Made by a program: the position numbers and the translations under genes
Notes under the pieces: generated by a model
Databases searched by the model: none
What the model was told of the DNA's origin: nothing
Seen by the model: the letters and a program-made list of their open reading frames with translations, nothing else
Part shown: positions 35,867 to 50,118 of the stretch, piece after piece
Numbering within the stretch: position 1 is the first letter of the stretch
Layout of the letters: each line of letters opens with the position of its first letter
NCBI GenBank assembly: GCA_032718475.1
Contig: JAUCBJ010002723.1
Location: 58,974-122,973, forward strand
Source: Nemertoderma westbladi
Lineage: Eukaryota; Animalia; Xenacoelomorpha
DNA: 64,000 bases
Reading direction: 5' to 3'

Positions 35867-36803
35867 CTGGTTCCCCGGCTTTAGATCCTAGAGTACCTTA
35901 GATCCTGAACGAACTTAGATCTTGGGTGAAATAGATCCTACCCATACGAACTTAGATCCTTCCCATACGAACTTAGATCCTTTCCATACGAACTTAGATC
36001 CTTTCCATACGAACTTAGATCCTTGCCATACGAACTTAGATCCTTCCTATATGAAATTAGATCCTTCCCATACGAACTTAGATCCTTGCCATTCGAACTT
36101 AGATCCTCAACATACGAACTTAGATCCCACTTTGCATATATTCTGTACCGTAGCTGTGTTAATGTGAAATTTCATTCCCATAGGCCAGCAGACCTTACTG
36201 TAAATATTATCACGATTGAAGGGAAGCGAACTTAGATCCCACTACCAATACATTGTAATAAATTAGCTATTAATTGGCAAATTATAGTTTGTTGGCGTGT
36301 CACTGATCGCAACTACTTTGAGTGTATGACAGTATGACTTATTTGCATTAGATCATTATAAGTAGTTTTATATGCTTAATGAAACACATTACAATATACT
36401 ATAGTATCGATAGAACGCGGCCAACAACGCACAGTAGACCCTACACGTGGGATCTGATCTAAGTTCGCTTCTCCTTTCTTGCGTGTGTCAAGGTAATTTG
36501 TATTAATTTGTATAAATTGGGATCTAAGTCCACCTAAGATCTATAAGTTCGCTTTGATTTCAACGTGGGATCTAAGTTCGCTTCGCGACTAGCATGATGA
36601 TTTACCAAAGGCTTTTAATAGCATAAATTGTGATCTAAGTTCACCTAGTCAGGATCTAATTTCACCCAGATAGGATCTAAGTTCACCTAGTTAGGATCTA
36701 AGTTCACCTAGTTAGGATCTATGTTCACCCAGATAGGACCTAAGTTCGGAAAGATTTAAGTTCATCAAAGACAGGCCTTGCAGGATCTAAGTTCGTTTTA
36801 CCC
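35867..36803. mobile_element. Foldback/MITE-like element with inverted arrays of GAACTTAGATCC (21-bp period)
   Basis: Direct copies at 35880-36240; reverse-complement GGATCTAAGTTC copies at 36450-36795. Confidence 0.7.
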
Positions 36804-39800
36804 ACATTCACAGGTGAGGCGTTAAAACATCCTAATTACAAGCAGTCACTGATTGGTCAGACAAATGGTCTACCAATCATATAGCGCTTGAATTCGGTGC
36901 ATTTAATGACAATAATTATGCATTTAAGACTGCTAATTTCAAATTTAGGAGTTGTTGATGTTGTTGGCGGGCGGTTTAAAAAATAAAATAATTGGCAAGA
37001 CATAAAACCTGTTATGTAAACATGGAAGTAAATTTATTATACCTGAAAAGAAAGTCACTTTCACAAGACTCTCTCATAATAAAGGGGCAGGCAGGTTCGC
37101 AACAGGGGCAGCTGCCGGGAGCCGGAAGTTGGAAGGGGCCCTCAAGTTGGGAGAAATCATGGCCTACTTAAATAATTTACGTAGGCCATGGAGAAATTTA
37201 CCGAACATTATCTGTCTGATGACTGACAACAACTAATTTATTCATTTATTTCTGGCTGTTCAATAAATATTTATATATCAGCTCACACAAATATCACCAT
37301 TCATAAAGACTTTCTGGTTAGAATATGCCATTGAAATGGAATAAAATGGCCCTTAATGGTAGGCTACGGATAGCAGAAGCCAATGCTGTAAATATTTATT
37401 CCAGAACATGTAATTATTTAACATGATGTGAACAAGTAGTGGGATAGGCAAGGAGTTACATTCACTATGGTACCTGCTGGACGATGCTGATGCTAGGCTA
37501 CTACAGTATGCAGCTAGCCAGACAACCACAAGGCTTGATATTAGTTATTGTTTGTCTGGCTAGTAGCATATGTAGCTGTCTGTGGTAGCCAAGTTGGGGT
37601 CAATGTGCTGAGTGAAAGGGCTTTCCATTCAATTCTAACAATTATAGTAGCATTGGTTTGGTGCGTAACTTGAGTTTAATAACTACTCATAATCGTATTG
37701 TACATAAGCCTACTACTGTAAACATTGTATATAATATTGTTAATAATATTTTAATTATTTCATTTTATTAACTTATGTTAATCACTTACGACAGTATTTT
37801 TTTGTTACTTTCTTTTTGTAGAATATAATTACATATCTGTAATGTACATAATGCCCCATAGAATGTTTAATAATTCTTAAAGTGTAAGTTTCCTTCTTTT
37901 GAAAGTTATTTTGAAATATATCTCTTATTTACGTTTAAACTGTTTACACAGTAACCTAGAGACCTGTTCATTCGGTGTAACCACATTTACATTTCTTTTC
38001 AATTAGATTTATCTGAAATCACCGTAGTCACAAGGCTAGGAAAATGCTCTTTTGTTTGGAGTAGGCCTAATAATTGATGTCTTAATTGATTTTCCAATAT
38101 ATTTCTCAACTTTATAGCACATTCCCACTTTATTTCCCAGTATGTCACTACGCAACGCGTGAACGTTCGTAAAAAATAATTAATAATTACGTAATAAATA
38201 TTACTTTTTACAGGGCACTTTTTAGCAATAGAGCTTCAAACAGGGGGGGGGGGGGGGGGGGGTTAGGGGCCCGTAAGTTGGGACTGCCAGGGGGCCGAGA
38301 TTCCACAATCCGTCACTGGGTGCACTGCAAACTCTGCTGGAAGATTCTATGAACTCGAGAACTCATGGAAGTTGTGAGATCTGAGATAAAGGGGGAGCCC
38401 CAGAACCCACGGCAAAGGTTTAACACTTCTAACTATCTTGGAAATGCGGCAACGTTGGGTGTCTATAAACCTGAATTTCTTAAATAACTGGCTGATTGGA
38501 TTCATAACTGGTTGGATTCTGCTTCACACTGGCGTGGAAACACACTAACCCCTCTCAAGCCAGCAAAGTTCTTTCACAAACTAGTAGATGTGTTGCAGAC
38601 CTATTAGATGGATTCTTTCCAATGGTGGCTACGACTATGTTTTAGACAAATGAGTGGTGGCTGCTTTCTTGTTTCTTTGAGAGAAGTTAAAAATTCGGAA
38701 CGGATTATTACATCGCTTACTTTATTACATTCTGGCGTCGAATTCTGGAAAGAGGACAGTCTGCGACCGGATGAAGTTGATTTTTTACCATTTCTGAGCA
38801 CCTTGGATGCCGATCTCTGCTAAACTAATAATGGCTGCTGAATTTAGTTCGGATTCTGTTGAGGTGGGAAAGAATATTTCTGGTTTCATTATTAAGAAAA
38901 TTAATGAAAAAAAATAAAAAAAATATCATAAATTCCTTGTGTTCTGATTGTATTAAATTGTCTGCTCCCGCTGTTGACGAGTCACCTTCCCATCCATCCT
39001 ATGTTAACATTTTAACGATTTTAGACAGCATCCTTGTGATGTTTTTCTGAACGGTGTTGGAAACTGTTTTGCCCGACTGGCGACTGGAATCGGTAGAAGG
39101 ACTTGCAGTCAACTCTGGCGTTCCCGTACGCACTGCTGCAACACGGTTCCTAAGTTTATATTGACTCAGTGGTATTTTTGCGACAAACACGAATGCCTTA
39201 AATAACTTTGCACAGCGCATTGTTATCAATTTTTGTTTTAATAATGCTCAGAAAGAGTATACAGACCTCCGACCTCCGACAGTCGTGAGGATAGCCTTGA
39301 AACTATAAAAAAAGGCAGCGTTTTAAATAAACTACTGGTATTTAAATATAATAATAATACAATTAATAATGATTCAATAATTAATATTAGGCCTTAGTTT
39401 GCAAGTTATTTAAGATAACAAAGGCAAGTTTGGAAAATTCCACCGGGATATTTTAGATTTTGTTTAACTACTGAAAAGTTATCTGCATGTCTTCAAAACC
39501 ATCATCAATCGATTAAGCATATCCTAAAACAGTCTAAAACATTGCTTTATATAATAAAATTAATATAACCGTGTCATTAGACTATTGAGAAAACTGGCTT
39601 ACATTTTGTAGTCTGCCAGTGGCAACATATTATACCGTATCTTTTAATAGGCCATGAGTTTACTGCATAATAATGTACAAGAATGAGTCACCCTGACAAT
39701 CGAAACTGAAAGTTTCGTAATATACCACTGTACCAGCTTACTGCCACACCGTCATAACTCTTATAATACAATTATCCCAAACAATCCGCCAGCCCCGACC

Positions 39801-40511
39801 TACCTTCAAAATAGACTTCTGTTATATAGATAATATGTGAAAGGGGGCGCTGCACAACTTCCATAAAGAATATCGAATCGAAAATGAAACAGTTTTCCAA
39901 TAAAACTCAACAACTACTGTAACATGATTATTAAGTAATGCATTTGTTGTCACTTTTATTATCACAGAATGTAACCAGTATGTAACCGGACAGAAAATTT
40001 AATCATTTCTTAATGGTTATTTTACGATTTGTTAGCGTTTTTGCCGCGTTAATTTTATGCGATGGTACGGAATCGTAGGTATAATAACAATACAAGAGAG
40101 GCAAAAAAAGTCGCGGATATAAAAAGCGACTAAAAAACCCTGAAAAATACGTAAACTAATATCTCTAATTACGAATTCGATAAAACGTTTGCGTTGTAAA
40201 TATTATTATGATGAGTGCATAAAGTAGGCCTAACATTTTATAATAAAACTTCAATGAATAATCATGTTTACTTTAAAATGCGTAAACCAAATAGAATTAA
40301 TTCATAAACGTCTCTTATCTCAGCATTAATCTAGGCATAAGTTCAGAACAAATACAAGGCTATCCGTTTCTGTATCCAATTATAATATAACCGTATTGTT
40401 AATAATAATAATAGTCAATAAAGACCGAGTGGCAGTAGTAGAATGTATAGGCATACGGGGCTCGGGGGAGGGGTGCGGGCTGCAGCCTTCACCTCCACCC
40501 CCAGAAAGCAC

Positions 40512-41066
40512 TACTACTACTGTACTACTATCGGCATGCTGCATTATATATATTACATATATATTAATAATTCTGTGCCGGCAAAATTGTCGACAAAATT
40601 GCGCCGCCATAACTCACTATCACCCATGACATTTCATCCACATCTTCAAGGTCAAATGTCCTTTTAAGAGGCGTCTCAAGAAAGTCATGGGCTATCCACC
40701 ATGCTTATTCACTCCATGAGGCCGCCAAAGCACAACACTGGCAACTCAACACCGCCAAAACACTGGCTTGTCCTCACGGCGAAGGTAATGTCCTTCAAAG
40801 CGGTGGCGGCTTCATTCATGTGCGTCAATATAGGGGAGATTATTAAAACACACCCAATGTTATATAGTGTCTGGTTCTTCTTCTTAGAGTTTACAAAAGG
40901 ACCTACACTAGAAGCAACCTGCTTCAATTATCAGAGGAGCCTTTTGGGCTCCCTCTAGTGAATCTGACAGTACCACTAAGTTATCAGTCTAGATCAGTAA
41001 GGTACTTACTTACTGTAGCTGGATTTCCTCAACATCTTGTGCCAGTGGGGGGTGTTATCATCACCA
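40512..41066 (-). mobile_element. Old, internally deleted RTE-like LINE (copy 3)
   Basis: TAC tail, ATCGGCATGCTGCATT 3'UTR and CACCATGCTTATTCACTCCATGAGG shared with copies 2 and 4. Confidence 0.85.
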
Positions 41067-41714
41067 GACCACATTCGAGTAGGTAGAAAGGGGCGAAAAA
41101 ATAAATCAGGGAAAATTAGTGGCATCCAGCGAGAGCGAGCGAGGGAAGGAGTTAATTAAAATCCAAAGTAAGAAATAACAATTCAAAACATTTCTACGTA
41201 GTAAAACTGTTTTCAAAATTAATAGTCTACTTTTTAAATTAAAACATAAAGTGCTAACTCTGTCAAAAATATTGTTAAGAAAAGTTGACTACAATTCCGA
41301 GTTCTGATAGGCCAATTTTGAAGTGTTAGCACTTTGACCACTTAGCAAGAACAAATTAAAAACATATAATACAATAGCAACAAACTTTAATGACTGCCTT
41401 CTAGCGACCGGAATAAGAATCATTGCAAAACTTAGTGCTACTGTTACTGTAGAACATACCGTGGTAAAAATATGAGTTAATTTAAGTAAACAATATTGCT
41501 ACACCACCTCCCCCACCCCCCCCCCCCCCCCACACCCCCCTCCCCCCTCCCCCTAAATGCGACCGTAAGCCTACGGTCGCATTCGTATATCACGTGACCG
41601 GAATACAATGTTACTTTCATTGACGACTGATCAGTGCATTGGTTAATTATTATTGATTAAGGGGGCGAGTGAGTTGTTGAGCTACTGTATAGTCTAAGCC
41701 TATCAGTTTTTTTA

Positions 41715-41905
41715 TATTATTATAACTAATTAATTATATAATTAATATAATTAATTTATTAATAATTATTAATTATTTATATATATATTATATATATATA
41801 TATTATATATTATATTTATATATATTATTAATTATATATTATTAATTATTAATTAATTATTAATAATTTATTAATAATTCATTAATAATTAATATATTAT
41901 TATAA
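41715..41905. repeat. AT-only low-complexity tract
   Basis: Direct inspection. Confidence 0.9.
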
Positions 41906-43547
41906 TTTAGACTGAGTAGTTTTTGTCTAAAGCTGAGGCCGGCAAAAATACGATGAATGTATGTCTGTATGTATGTTTGTTTGTTTGTTTAATTTTTGTA
42001 TGTTTAATGTATAACCATCAAATGGCTTCAAACCACTTGCATGTAATGGAAAATTGTAAACGAAAGTATTTATCAATTATTATCTAAGTTGTTGAATAAA
42101 AAAAAGTTGGGAACGATTCGATGTGATATTGCGAAATATTAGCATATTATCAACATTATGGAACGCGAAATTAAATACCCACAACTACACTTTGACAGCT
42201 GAACAACATTTCACTAATTATTGTCAATGGAGTTACGTACATAAAATAATTATATATCGTTAATTATTGTTCTATCTCTATTCAGTCAGGTAATGTAATG
42301 CCAAGCAGTACAGTCATTTATATCGCATCGTATCCATCGGGGACCTATTGTCATTTATACGTCATTATAATACTGTCCTCAACTCAGGCTATGCTCTTTT
42401 ATAATGTTAAGGGCTTAGTAGGTTTTGTATATCTGGGACGTTTACAACATCAATTAAACTAACAAAACCAGAAAACTGAACCAAGATGCCAGCCGGGTAC
42501 CAACAGCTGTTGGGTAGACTGAATGGAACATTTCACAAATTTTCATACAGTAGGAGGCTTGTACGTAGGTTAACTGATAATTTATTAGGTAGAAATAATT
42601 AGTGTTCTTTATTTTAGTAATCTAATAGAGCAAGACCGCATAGCAGAGCAACTGCACTTTGGGGCCGTTTCGCAGTTTGCGGATATGGATAACATTTCAC
42701 ACATCGCACTAATTGTGATTAGTTTGGTTGATGCAAGTTATTATTGGTTTGCATCCTCCTATCCCATCTGTTTTTTGAAGTCGTGTAAGACAGGTTCTTT
42801 TGAAGCCGTTCTAGTTATTAATCGACAACAAGCATACGTATATGTTATTGTTGAATTGCACATTAACTATAATCTAGCTAGCAATCGCTCCCTGATTGCA
42901 AATTCTTTACTCAAATACGAAGTATTACTGTATTGCGGTCTTACACAGTTTTTGTGGCATTTTCGAACAGTCCGAAACATTTTTATATTTAGTTTATCTC
43001 CCTGTGATGAAAATAATTTAAATGAGATTAGGTTCTTCAGACACATGAATTAGAGGCCACAACTGCAGCACAATTAGCATCCTACTAAACAAAGCGGATG
43101 TTTAATATGAGCCAATCCAGGGGGGCAAATAACGAATCCTTCTGATTGGTTAACCGATAGACATACTGAATAACTACCCTTAAGACATTATAATAAATCA
43201 CTTGGCAGATTGTACATATTTTGCAAAATCAAAACAATGTTGGATTGAGACCGGATATCGTAATCAGTGTTTCATCCGGAAAGTCATGGCTACTTCTAGG
43301 ATGGGATGAGTCACATGTAACATAATAGCTTTGCGTTGCTACTCAACCGTATAATTAAGTAATTACAACGTCCCATATTTACTGTATAATATTATAATTA
43401 CTTTGGAAGGGTTTACTGTGGAAGATCACCCATGGTGGTGAACACGCATTCCTTGGCTTAACGAGCCTAAAAGATTCTCCCATTCATTAGAATTACCTTA
43501 CTGTATTTCATATTGTATAAAGATTTAAACATGTTAAAAAATGTATT

Positions 43548-44888
43548 ATGGATTTCACAGCAATATTTCCGGTTGAGATTCAGAGTTTTATATTGGCACT
43601 GTTACCTGGGAGTAGCTTAGCGAGATGTGAATGTGTATGCAGTCTATGGAGTTCAATATCCATGGAAACTCCTAGCATATGGAAGCAAATATGTCATCAC
43701 GAAATCTCGCAAACCTCTTTATCTGAGTTTAAGGATATTCAGCATTCCCGAAATCAACATTTACGACATCACGAACAAAACAAACTTTGGAAGACGGTTT
43801 ATATTCGGTGGTGGGGGTGTAGGAGTCGCGTTGCTAAGGACAACCCGCACGCGATCACAACTTTGGATTGTGGAATAGTGGCACCTATTACAGTTGCGCG
43901 ATTAGCTAATGACTCAGTTGTCACGGGCAACGAGGGAGGTTTTGTCATGCAATGGTGCTCCTATACAGGGGCCTATATAAACACGATACACGTACATACT
44001 GCTGCAGTTACAGATATTTGCCTTTACCACACATCCAATAGCGAATCACTAAGCAACAAGGATCTACCTGTACACGTGAAAAGTGAAAATTTAATTATCC
44101 CTAAAGCTGTAATTAGCGTGTCCAAAGACCGGTTTATAATGCTAACCAGTCCTTTAACACAAGACGAGCCTCATATATCATCCCTGCTATACGACGCCCA
44201 CCCAGAAAACTTCTGCAATGTAATCTCAATTTGTCGGAACCACTTCCTGGTGGGATGCGCGAACGGCCATGTAAGTTTGTACCGAATCACCGCGGAAGAC
44301 GTAAACAGCGACGTCATCCATCACGAGAGATTGCTGGTGTACCCGCACCTACACCGGGGTTGTGTGACGTCATTGAGTGTGTACGAGGATAGGGCGGTAT
44401 CCGGGGCAACCGACGGACTGGTCCGACTGTTTGCAACACACACCGGCGCCATTTACATCACACTAAACCTACGCAACTGCGTAGCAGTGAACTGTTCGCT
44501 AAAGGGTCGGGCCGCCCTCTTGTTATCCTCTACCAGCATTGTCTACAGATCGAACTACACGGATAAAACATCCGTAGCCATGGTAACGCCTAACTTGATG
44601 TACGGTGTAACGAACCTATCTGTGAGTGGCCAACTTGTTGCCATGACGACTAATGATAACTTACTCCTCTACAGTTTCCAATTCGACAAGGAAGACAAGA
44701 CCGTGATCCCTGCCCTACTGAGGAGCATTGTTTTACCAGATTCTCATGGAGAAATTCGAGGTCTAGATATTCGCAACACAGTAAAGGAATGTTTGATTAC
44801 TGTTGCTACTAGTAACCAAGTTTATGTTTACCGATGGTTGGGTCCAAATCTTTCTCTAGATTTTCCGGTGCTTTACTTATGGGATTGA
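43548..44888 (+). CDS. F-box/WD40-repeat protein, intronless, 446 aa
   Basis: F-box DFTAIFPVEIQSFILALLPGSSLARCECVCSLW...IWKQIC; WD-like repeats VVTGNEGGFVMQW, HTAAVTDIC, HRGCVTSL...AVSGATDGLVRLF; uninterrupted ORF; CCAAT boxes at 43112 and 43144. Confidence 0.88.
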   Translation: MDFTAIFPVEIQSFILALLPGSSLARCECVCSLWSSISMETPSIWKQICHHEISQTSLSEFKDIQHSRNQHLRHHEQNKLWKTVYIRWWGCRSRVAKDNPHAITTLDCGIVAPITVARLANDSVVTGNEGGFVMQWCSYTGAYINTIHVHTAAVTDICLYHTSNSESLSNKDLPVHVKSENLIIPKAVISVSKDRFIMLTSPLTQDEPHISSLLYDAHPENFCNVISICRNHFLVGCANGHVSLYRITAEDVNSDVIHHERLLVYPHLHRGCVTSLSVYEDRAVSGATDGLVRLFATHTGAIYITLNLRNCVAVNCSLKGRAALLLSSTSIVYRSNYTDKTSVAMVTPNLMYGVTNLSVSGQLVAMTTNDNLLLYSFQFDKEDKTVIPALLRSIVLPDSHGEIRGLDIRNTVKECLITVATSNQVYVYRWLGPNLSLDFPVLYLWD

Positions 44889-46179
44889 AAGCTCTAGGGC
44901 TTTTGCAGCTCTACAGCAAAAATGTTTTAAATTTAAAAAGTCAATTTTAACTTAATTAGAGTCTAAAAAAAAGGAGAGAAATTATTTTATTTATTTTATT
45001 TGGTATTTATTTATTTATTTTCATCCAATTTTTTCGAATGAAAAAATGACTGAGAGTGCATTTTTCAGATTAAACATTTGATTTTTTTCAACATGTTTGT
45101 GCAAGTACAGTACTGGTGAGCTCACTTTTACATATTACTGTAGGTCTACGTCTAATGTAGGTAATATTGTCCCACACAGGTACAGAACAATGAAACCGGC
45201 AAACTTATTTAATATTGTGTAATATTGTTTAATCATTTGGCATGTAGTAGATTGCTTGGTGACTAATAATATTATATTATCGAGAATTGCAGTAGGGTAG
45301 ACCTTTGGTGCAGTGAGTGTGCTATTATGGATGGGCAAATTTGGCTGAAGTGCAATACAATTAATGAGTTGTCTGGCAGTGGATTGTTTATTAAATTACT
45401 TGTTTATTATATTACTATTATATACTGTAATACAGTATGTAATGGCGGAATAGAGCTTGTTTTGAGCGTGGGTGCAATGAGTTGGGCGGGGTCTTTTATT
45501 TGGACGAAAGGTCCAATTGGATGATTTTGTTTTGTAATGCAATGGGTAGGTCTAAGTTGTTTTAGATGTGCTATGAGTTGTTTTAGAATAATTGATTGTT
45601 GTGGTATGTGTTGTGTGGGTCATATTTAGTATTACAGTAGTATTAGTATTACTTAGTACTTACAGTATTCTTAAATATATATGGCACATTGTTTAAGTAC
45701 TGGACTATAAGCACAGAGTTCTTCTTTAAATCTTATGATACTTTTAATTTATATTTTTATTAAATAGTAATGTTATAAATTTTGATCATATTTTTAGAAC
45801 CCTGGGTGATTAATGTGGTGGCGCTACAGTAGTATTGGGCCCATCTGCAAGTATGCCAGACTATATGATGTATATTTCACTTTGCAGTTTAACCCATGTG
45901 AAAAATACCAGGTTTTCACTAAATCAACGTTACACAAGGGTTAAATCTAACCAAAACATTAAACGAATTAGTATCTGTACATGTTATACTGTAAGGTAGA
46001 AATGAGCGCTTTAAAACACATAATAAGGAAAAATGAAAAAAAAAATACAAATTCTTCATTTACAGTACTGTATATAACATTCCAATATTCTTCACATATG
46101 GATGGGGATATTATTTCGCCATAGATTGTAGTGTATACCAGGCAGATATCCCAGCGGTTGATAAAGTACCCCACCGGCA

Positions 46180-47090
46180 TTGAAAACCGGGGCAGTTATT
46201 CACAGTGTTCGTTGCGTGCGATGTTCCTCGAGGTTCAGTACTCGGCTCAATCTTGTTCCTCATATACATCAATGACCTGCCTAACTGTAATTCTCTTATG
46301 ACGACCCTTTTTGCCGCTGATACGACTCCTCAACATAGTTCCCCCCAAATTTATCCCCTAATTTAGGTTATTCCCCATTACAAACTGTTTAAAATAACAA
46401 TACAATGGTGGGCTATGTAAAAAAATATCTGAATTCGCCCTAGGGAAAATAACCAGTTATTAATCCTATCCCGCTTTTGGTACAGTAGCTTAGTTACGGC
46501 CAATCTCTTAGAATATAATAATAAATTATAAAATATTTGCATATTAATAGGTTCCATGCACTAGCTACCATGGTTACTGTTCACAACCGCTTTGTTTAAT
46601 GTTCCCATAATATATTCGCCATAATGTATTAATAATATATAATGTATAATAATGTATAATGTACAGCTTATGTGTACTCTATTCTTTTCTCTAATTTGTC
46701 CTTATATTACTTATGGGTTGGCTGTTCGGGGTGGCACTTACACTACTATAACAAAAAAATTGCTAACCAAAATTTAAAAGGTTATGCGTTGCAAGACCTT
46801 TACCCACAGTCGAGCCTCTGCATTTCCGATCTACCAAAATTTGAATATCTTACCTCTTAACTTTACTTTATGAATACCAGGTAGCTGGTAAGATGTTCGA
46901 TGTTTGTAAAAATCCAAATCACCCCCAGTCCTACCTATTCACAAAGTATGCTTCTGTACAGATGTATAACACTCGCTCTGCCGCCTCTGGTACAGTATGT
47001 TCCACCATCCTTCTGTCCGCCTTGAGGTTGCGGGGCGCTTGCTCTCTTTTCAAGGTCATAAGATCTAGAAGTCCCTCTCAAGCGATCTTC
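46180..47090 (+). mobile_element. Decayed CR1/L2-group LINE remnant
   Basis: DVPRGSVLGSILFLIYINDLP...LFAADTT at ~46219-46327; YSILFSNLS..W and YNTRS C-terminal motifs further on. Confidence 0.75.
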
Positions 47091-47189
47091 GTGACATTAA
47101 AATTAAACGACTTTGGTAATAAAACTGAAAAACACCCTTTAAAGCTTAATTATCTAAATTGTACCCATATTACGGTTCGTACTAAAAGG

Positions 47190-48105
47190 TATACCGACCT
47201 ATACCGAGCTTTTCCGACATAATACCGAGTTATACAGTACCGACCTATAAAATAGCTACGAAAAGATATGTCGACCTATTCCGAGCTATAAAAATGCAAT
47301 ACCGCGCTAACACCGGCCTATACCGACCTATACCTGCGCCATTGACTCCACCAGGGGCGCTACTAAGCGTAAAACAATGCACTAGGCAACATTCAACAAT
47401 TTCGCTCAATTTTCTTTCGCTTGGCTGCGTACCTAGGATAGGCCTAATGGTCACTTACTAAACGCGAGACGAGCCTCCGATATAGTAAACAATTTATTAT
47501 TAAATATATTTATTATATATTAAATTATCAATCGGTGTAGCTCTGTAATGCATTGCTACACTGCAGCTTTGTATAGGTCGGTGTACTGTAGCTCTGAATT
47601 GCATTGCTATACTTTAGCTCTGAATTGCATTGTTATAATGTAGCTTTGTATAGGTCGGTTTATCTTTTGTATTGCATTGTTATAACTTTGTATAGGTCGG
47701 TGTAGCTTTGTATTGCATTGTTATAAGCTTTGTATAGGTCGGTGTAGCTTGTATTGCATTGTTATAGCTTTGTATAGGTCGGTGTAGCTTTGTATTGCAT
47801 TGTTATAGCTTTGTATAGGTCGGTGTAGCTCTGAATTGCATTGTTACAGCTTTGTATAGGTCGGTGTAGCTTTTTATTGCAGTGTTATAGCTTGGTATAG
47901 GTCGGTATAGGCCGGTGTTAGCTCGCTATAGCTCTGTATTGCATTGTTATAGCTATATATAGGTCGGCGTAACTCTGTAATGCATTGTTACAGCTTTGTA
48001 TAGGTCGGTGTAGCTTTGTGTTGCATTTGTTATAGCTTTGTATAGGTCGGTGTAGCTCTGAATTGCATTGTTACAGCTTTGTATAGGTCGATGTAGTTTT
48101 GTAAA
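47190..48105. repeat. ~41-bp minisatellite (TTGTATAGGTCGGTGTAGC...TGCATTGTTATAGC) with inverted TACCGACCTATA copies on the left; MITE-like
   Basis: About 11 direct copies at 47535-48105; reverse-complement cores at 47190-47335. Confidence 0.85.
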
Positions 48106-48601
48106 GGTTTGTGAAAAATAAGTGCCTCGAAGTAAAAATTTTACTGTAAACTGTGTTCCTAAATTTAGTTTATTGTTTTGGTTAGAAATGACTGCCATTA
48201 TAACATGCTACTTTCCTTTTAAAGGTACCTTAAACAGTGTCATGCAGTACTGCAGTAATACCGCTAACGACTACGGTACAGCAGTAACGAGTAACTGTCA
48301 GACTGTAGTAGGCCTATGGCCTAGGACTGCTGAGCTGTGTAGCTGTGTGTGTAGGTACTAGGTAGCCTACAGTAATGTAGTAGGCCGCCTATGTGGGGCG
48401 AGTAGCGAGACACGAAGTCGGCGACCTGTAGCGCTGTAGGTAGCCTACTTGCCTTCTGCCTACAGTAATGCAGTACCGGTAGGCCTATGTGCAGATGTGG
48501 GGCGCGTAGAAAGACACGAAGTCGGCGACCTTCAGACCTTGCCCTGTTAGCATAGCACTGTAGCATACGGTTCATACTGTCAGACTGTCATATAGCAGTA
48601 T

Positions 48602-49341
48602 CAGGGATGGCAAAAACCATGGTTTTTTGAAAAAAAATTTTTGGTTTTGGTTTTATTGTTTGGTTTTTTATGTTTTTTTTCGGTTTTTTATGGTTTTTTA
48701 TGATTTTTCTGTGGTTTAATTAAATCCAATACAGCAATCTGGCAATACATACAAATGTAGGGCCTACGTACAACAGTCTGACAGTACAACCCTTGCGCTT
48801 ACCCAATAGAACAAAATACTGGAATAACTGAATACCGGTAAGGCCACATACAGTATGCTGGTTTGATATTGATAATATGCCAGCAAAGCGAGCAAAACCT
48901 TTTCATTAACATTGCAAAATGAACAGATGAAAAAGAAACGCGAGCAAAACTCAAAGTGAGAGAAATTTGTTCATTCTAATCTAACAGCTTAACAGTGCAA
49001 AATGACTGAATGATAAGATAAAGAAACGCGAGCAAAACTCATAAGTGAGCGAAATTTTTTCCTTCTAACAGTGCAAAATAAAAAAAAGAAACGAGAGCAA
49101 AACTCAAAGTGAGCGAAATTTTCTCATTCTAACAGTCTGACAGTGCAAAATGAAAAAGAAACGCGACTACCAGTTTGCTTTATATTATTTACAGCGTTAC
49201 CGTAATTGTAAAATTTTATGAAAAACCATAAAAAACCATAAAAAAACAATTTTTTCGCCTTTTTTTAAAAGTTGGTTAAACCAAAAAACCATAAAAAACC
49301 AATCTGCCAATGGTGAGAAAAACCATTGGTTGCCAACCCTG
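48602..49341. mobile_element. hAT-type MITE
   Basis: TIRs CAGGGATGGCAA / TTGCCAACCCTG; perfect 8-bp TSD AGCAGTAT (48594-48601, 49342-49349); internal AAGAAACGCGAGCAAAACTC repeats. Confidence 0.9.
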
Positions 49342-50012
49342 AGCAGTATACAGGTATAGGCTCCAAACTGCCAAAGGGGCATGTCCGTCCCGACCGTCCG
49401 TCTGTCATCTGTGTCTGTCTGGCTGTCTGGTAAATTTTTGAACGCTAATTTCTCGGCATCGCTGGTGTCCAGGCTGCCAGGTGTCTGCTGGTTCGGCAGT
49501 TCAGAATTGAACCAAACTTAGCAGGTAGCCTTAGTCTGTTAGTACTGAAGTAGTGTGAGTAGAAGGAAAGTTTAGAATGCTTGTAAAGTTTGTTGAAAAA
49601 TCATGCAGTCTGACAGTCTGACGTCAGCTACGACAGATTACCGGTATGTGGTTTTTAGAAAATATTAAATTTCTCAGGAACGCCTCATTCAGTCATTTTC
49701 CTGTTTTCCAGAGCTGAAATTTTGGTTGCTTGTACAGTTGTAGAGAATCATGACAGCATGAAGTCTATTTTTTACGAAATTGAAAAGTTAGGACATTTAA
49801 TCTGTTAATTGGGGAGGGGATCCGGCTGCTAAAGACTCAGAAATAATTGCGTAGGCCTACCAGCTGGCGGCTGACCGGTACAGTTATTGCTGTAATGTTT
49901 CATCAGTCAGTCAGTGATTACGAAATTGCAGTATAAAACTGCAATATCTTCATACTGTCATAGGCCAGTAGGCCAGCTCGTTTGTCAGTTTGTCGTTACC
50001 TCGAGCGGAATT

Positions 50013-50118
50013 CAGGTGTTGGCTGAGTGGTTAAGGCTGTAACCGTGTAACAATGTAAGGCGTTGTACTAGCCATCCAATGTGGTCTTGTCGCGCAGGTT
50101 CGAATCCTATCATGTGTG
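50013..50118 (+). pseudogene. tRNA-Ser-derived pseudogene or SINE head with a ~24-nt insertion
   Basis: TGGCTGAGTGGTTAAGGC...GCGTTGTACTAGCCATCCAATGTGGTCTTGTCGCGCAGGTTCGAATCCT resembles eukaryotic tRNA-Ser(AGA); TAAGGC is duplicated around the insertion. Confidence 0.75.

Noticed and set aside
32141-36130. Short periodic repeats as possible CRISPR arrays
   Set aside because: No unique spacers, no cas genes, eukaryotic context.
38330-39240. Minus-strand coding-like stretch (S/K/T-rich)
   Set aside because: Multiple stops and no recognisable domain; cannot be assigned.
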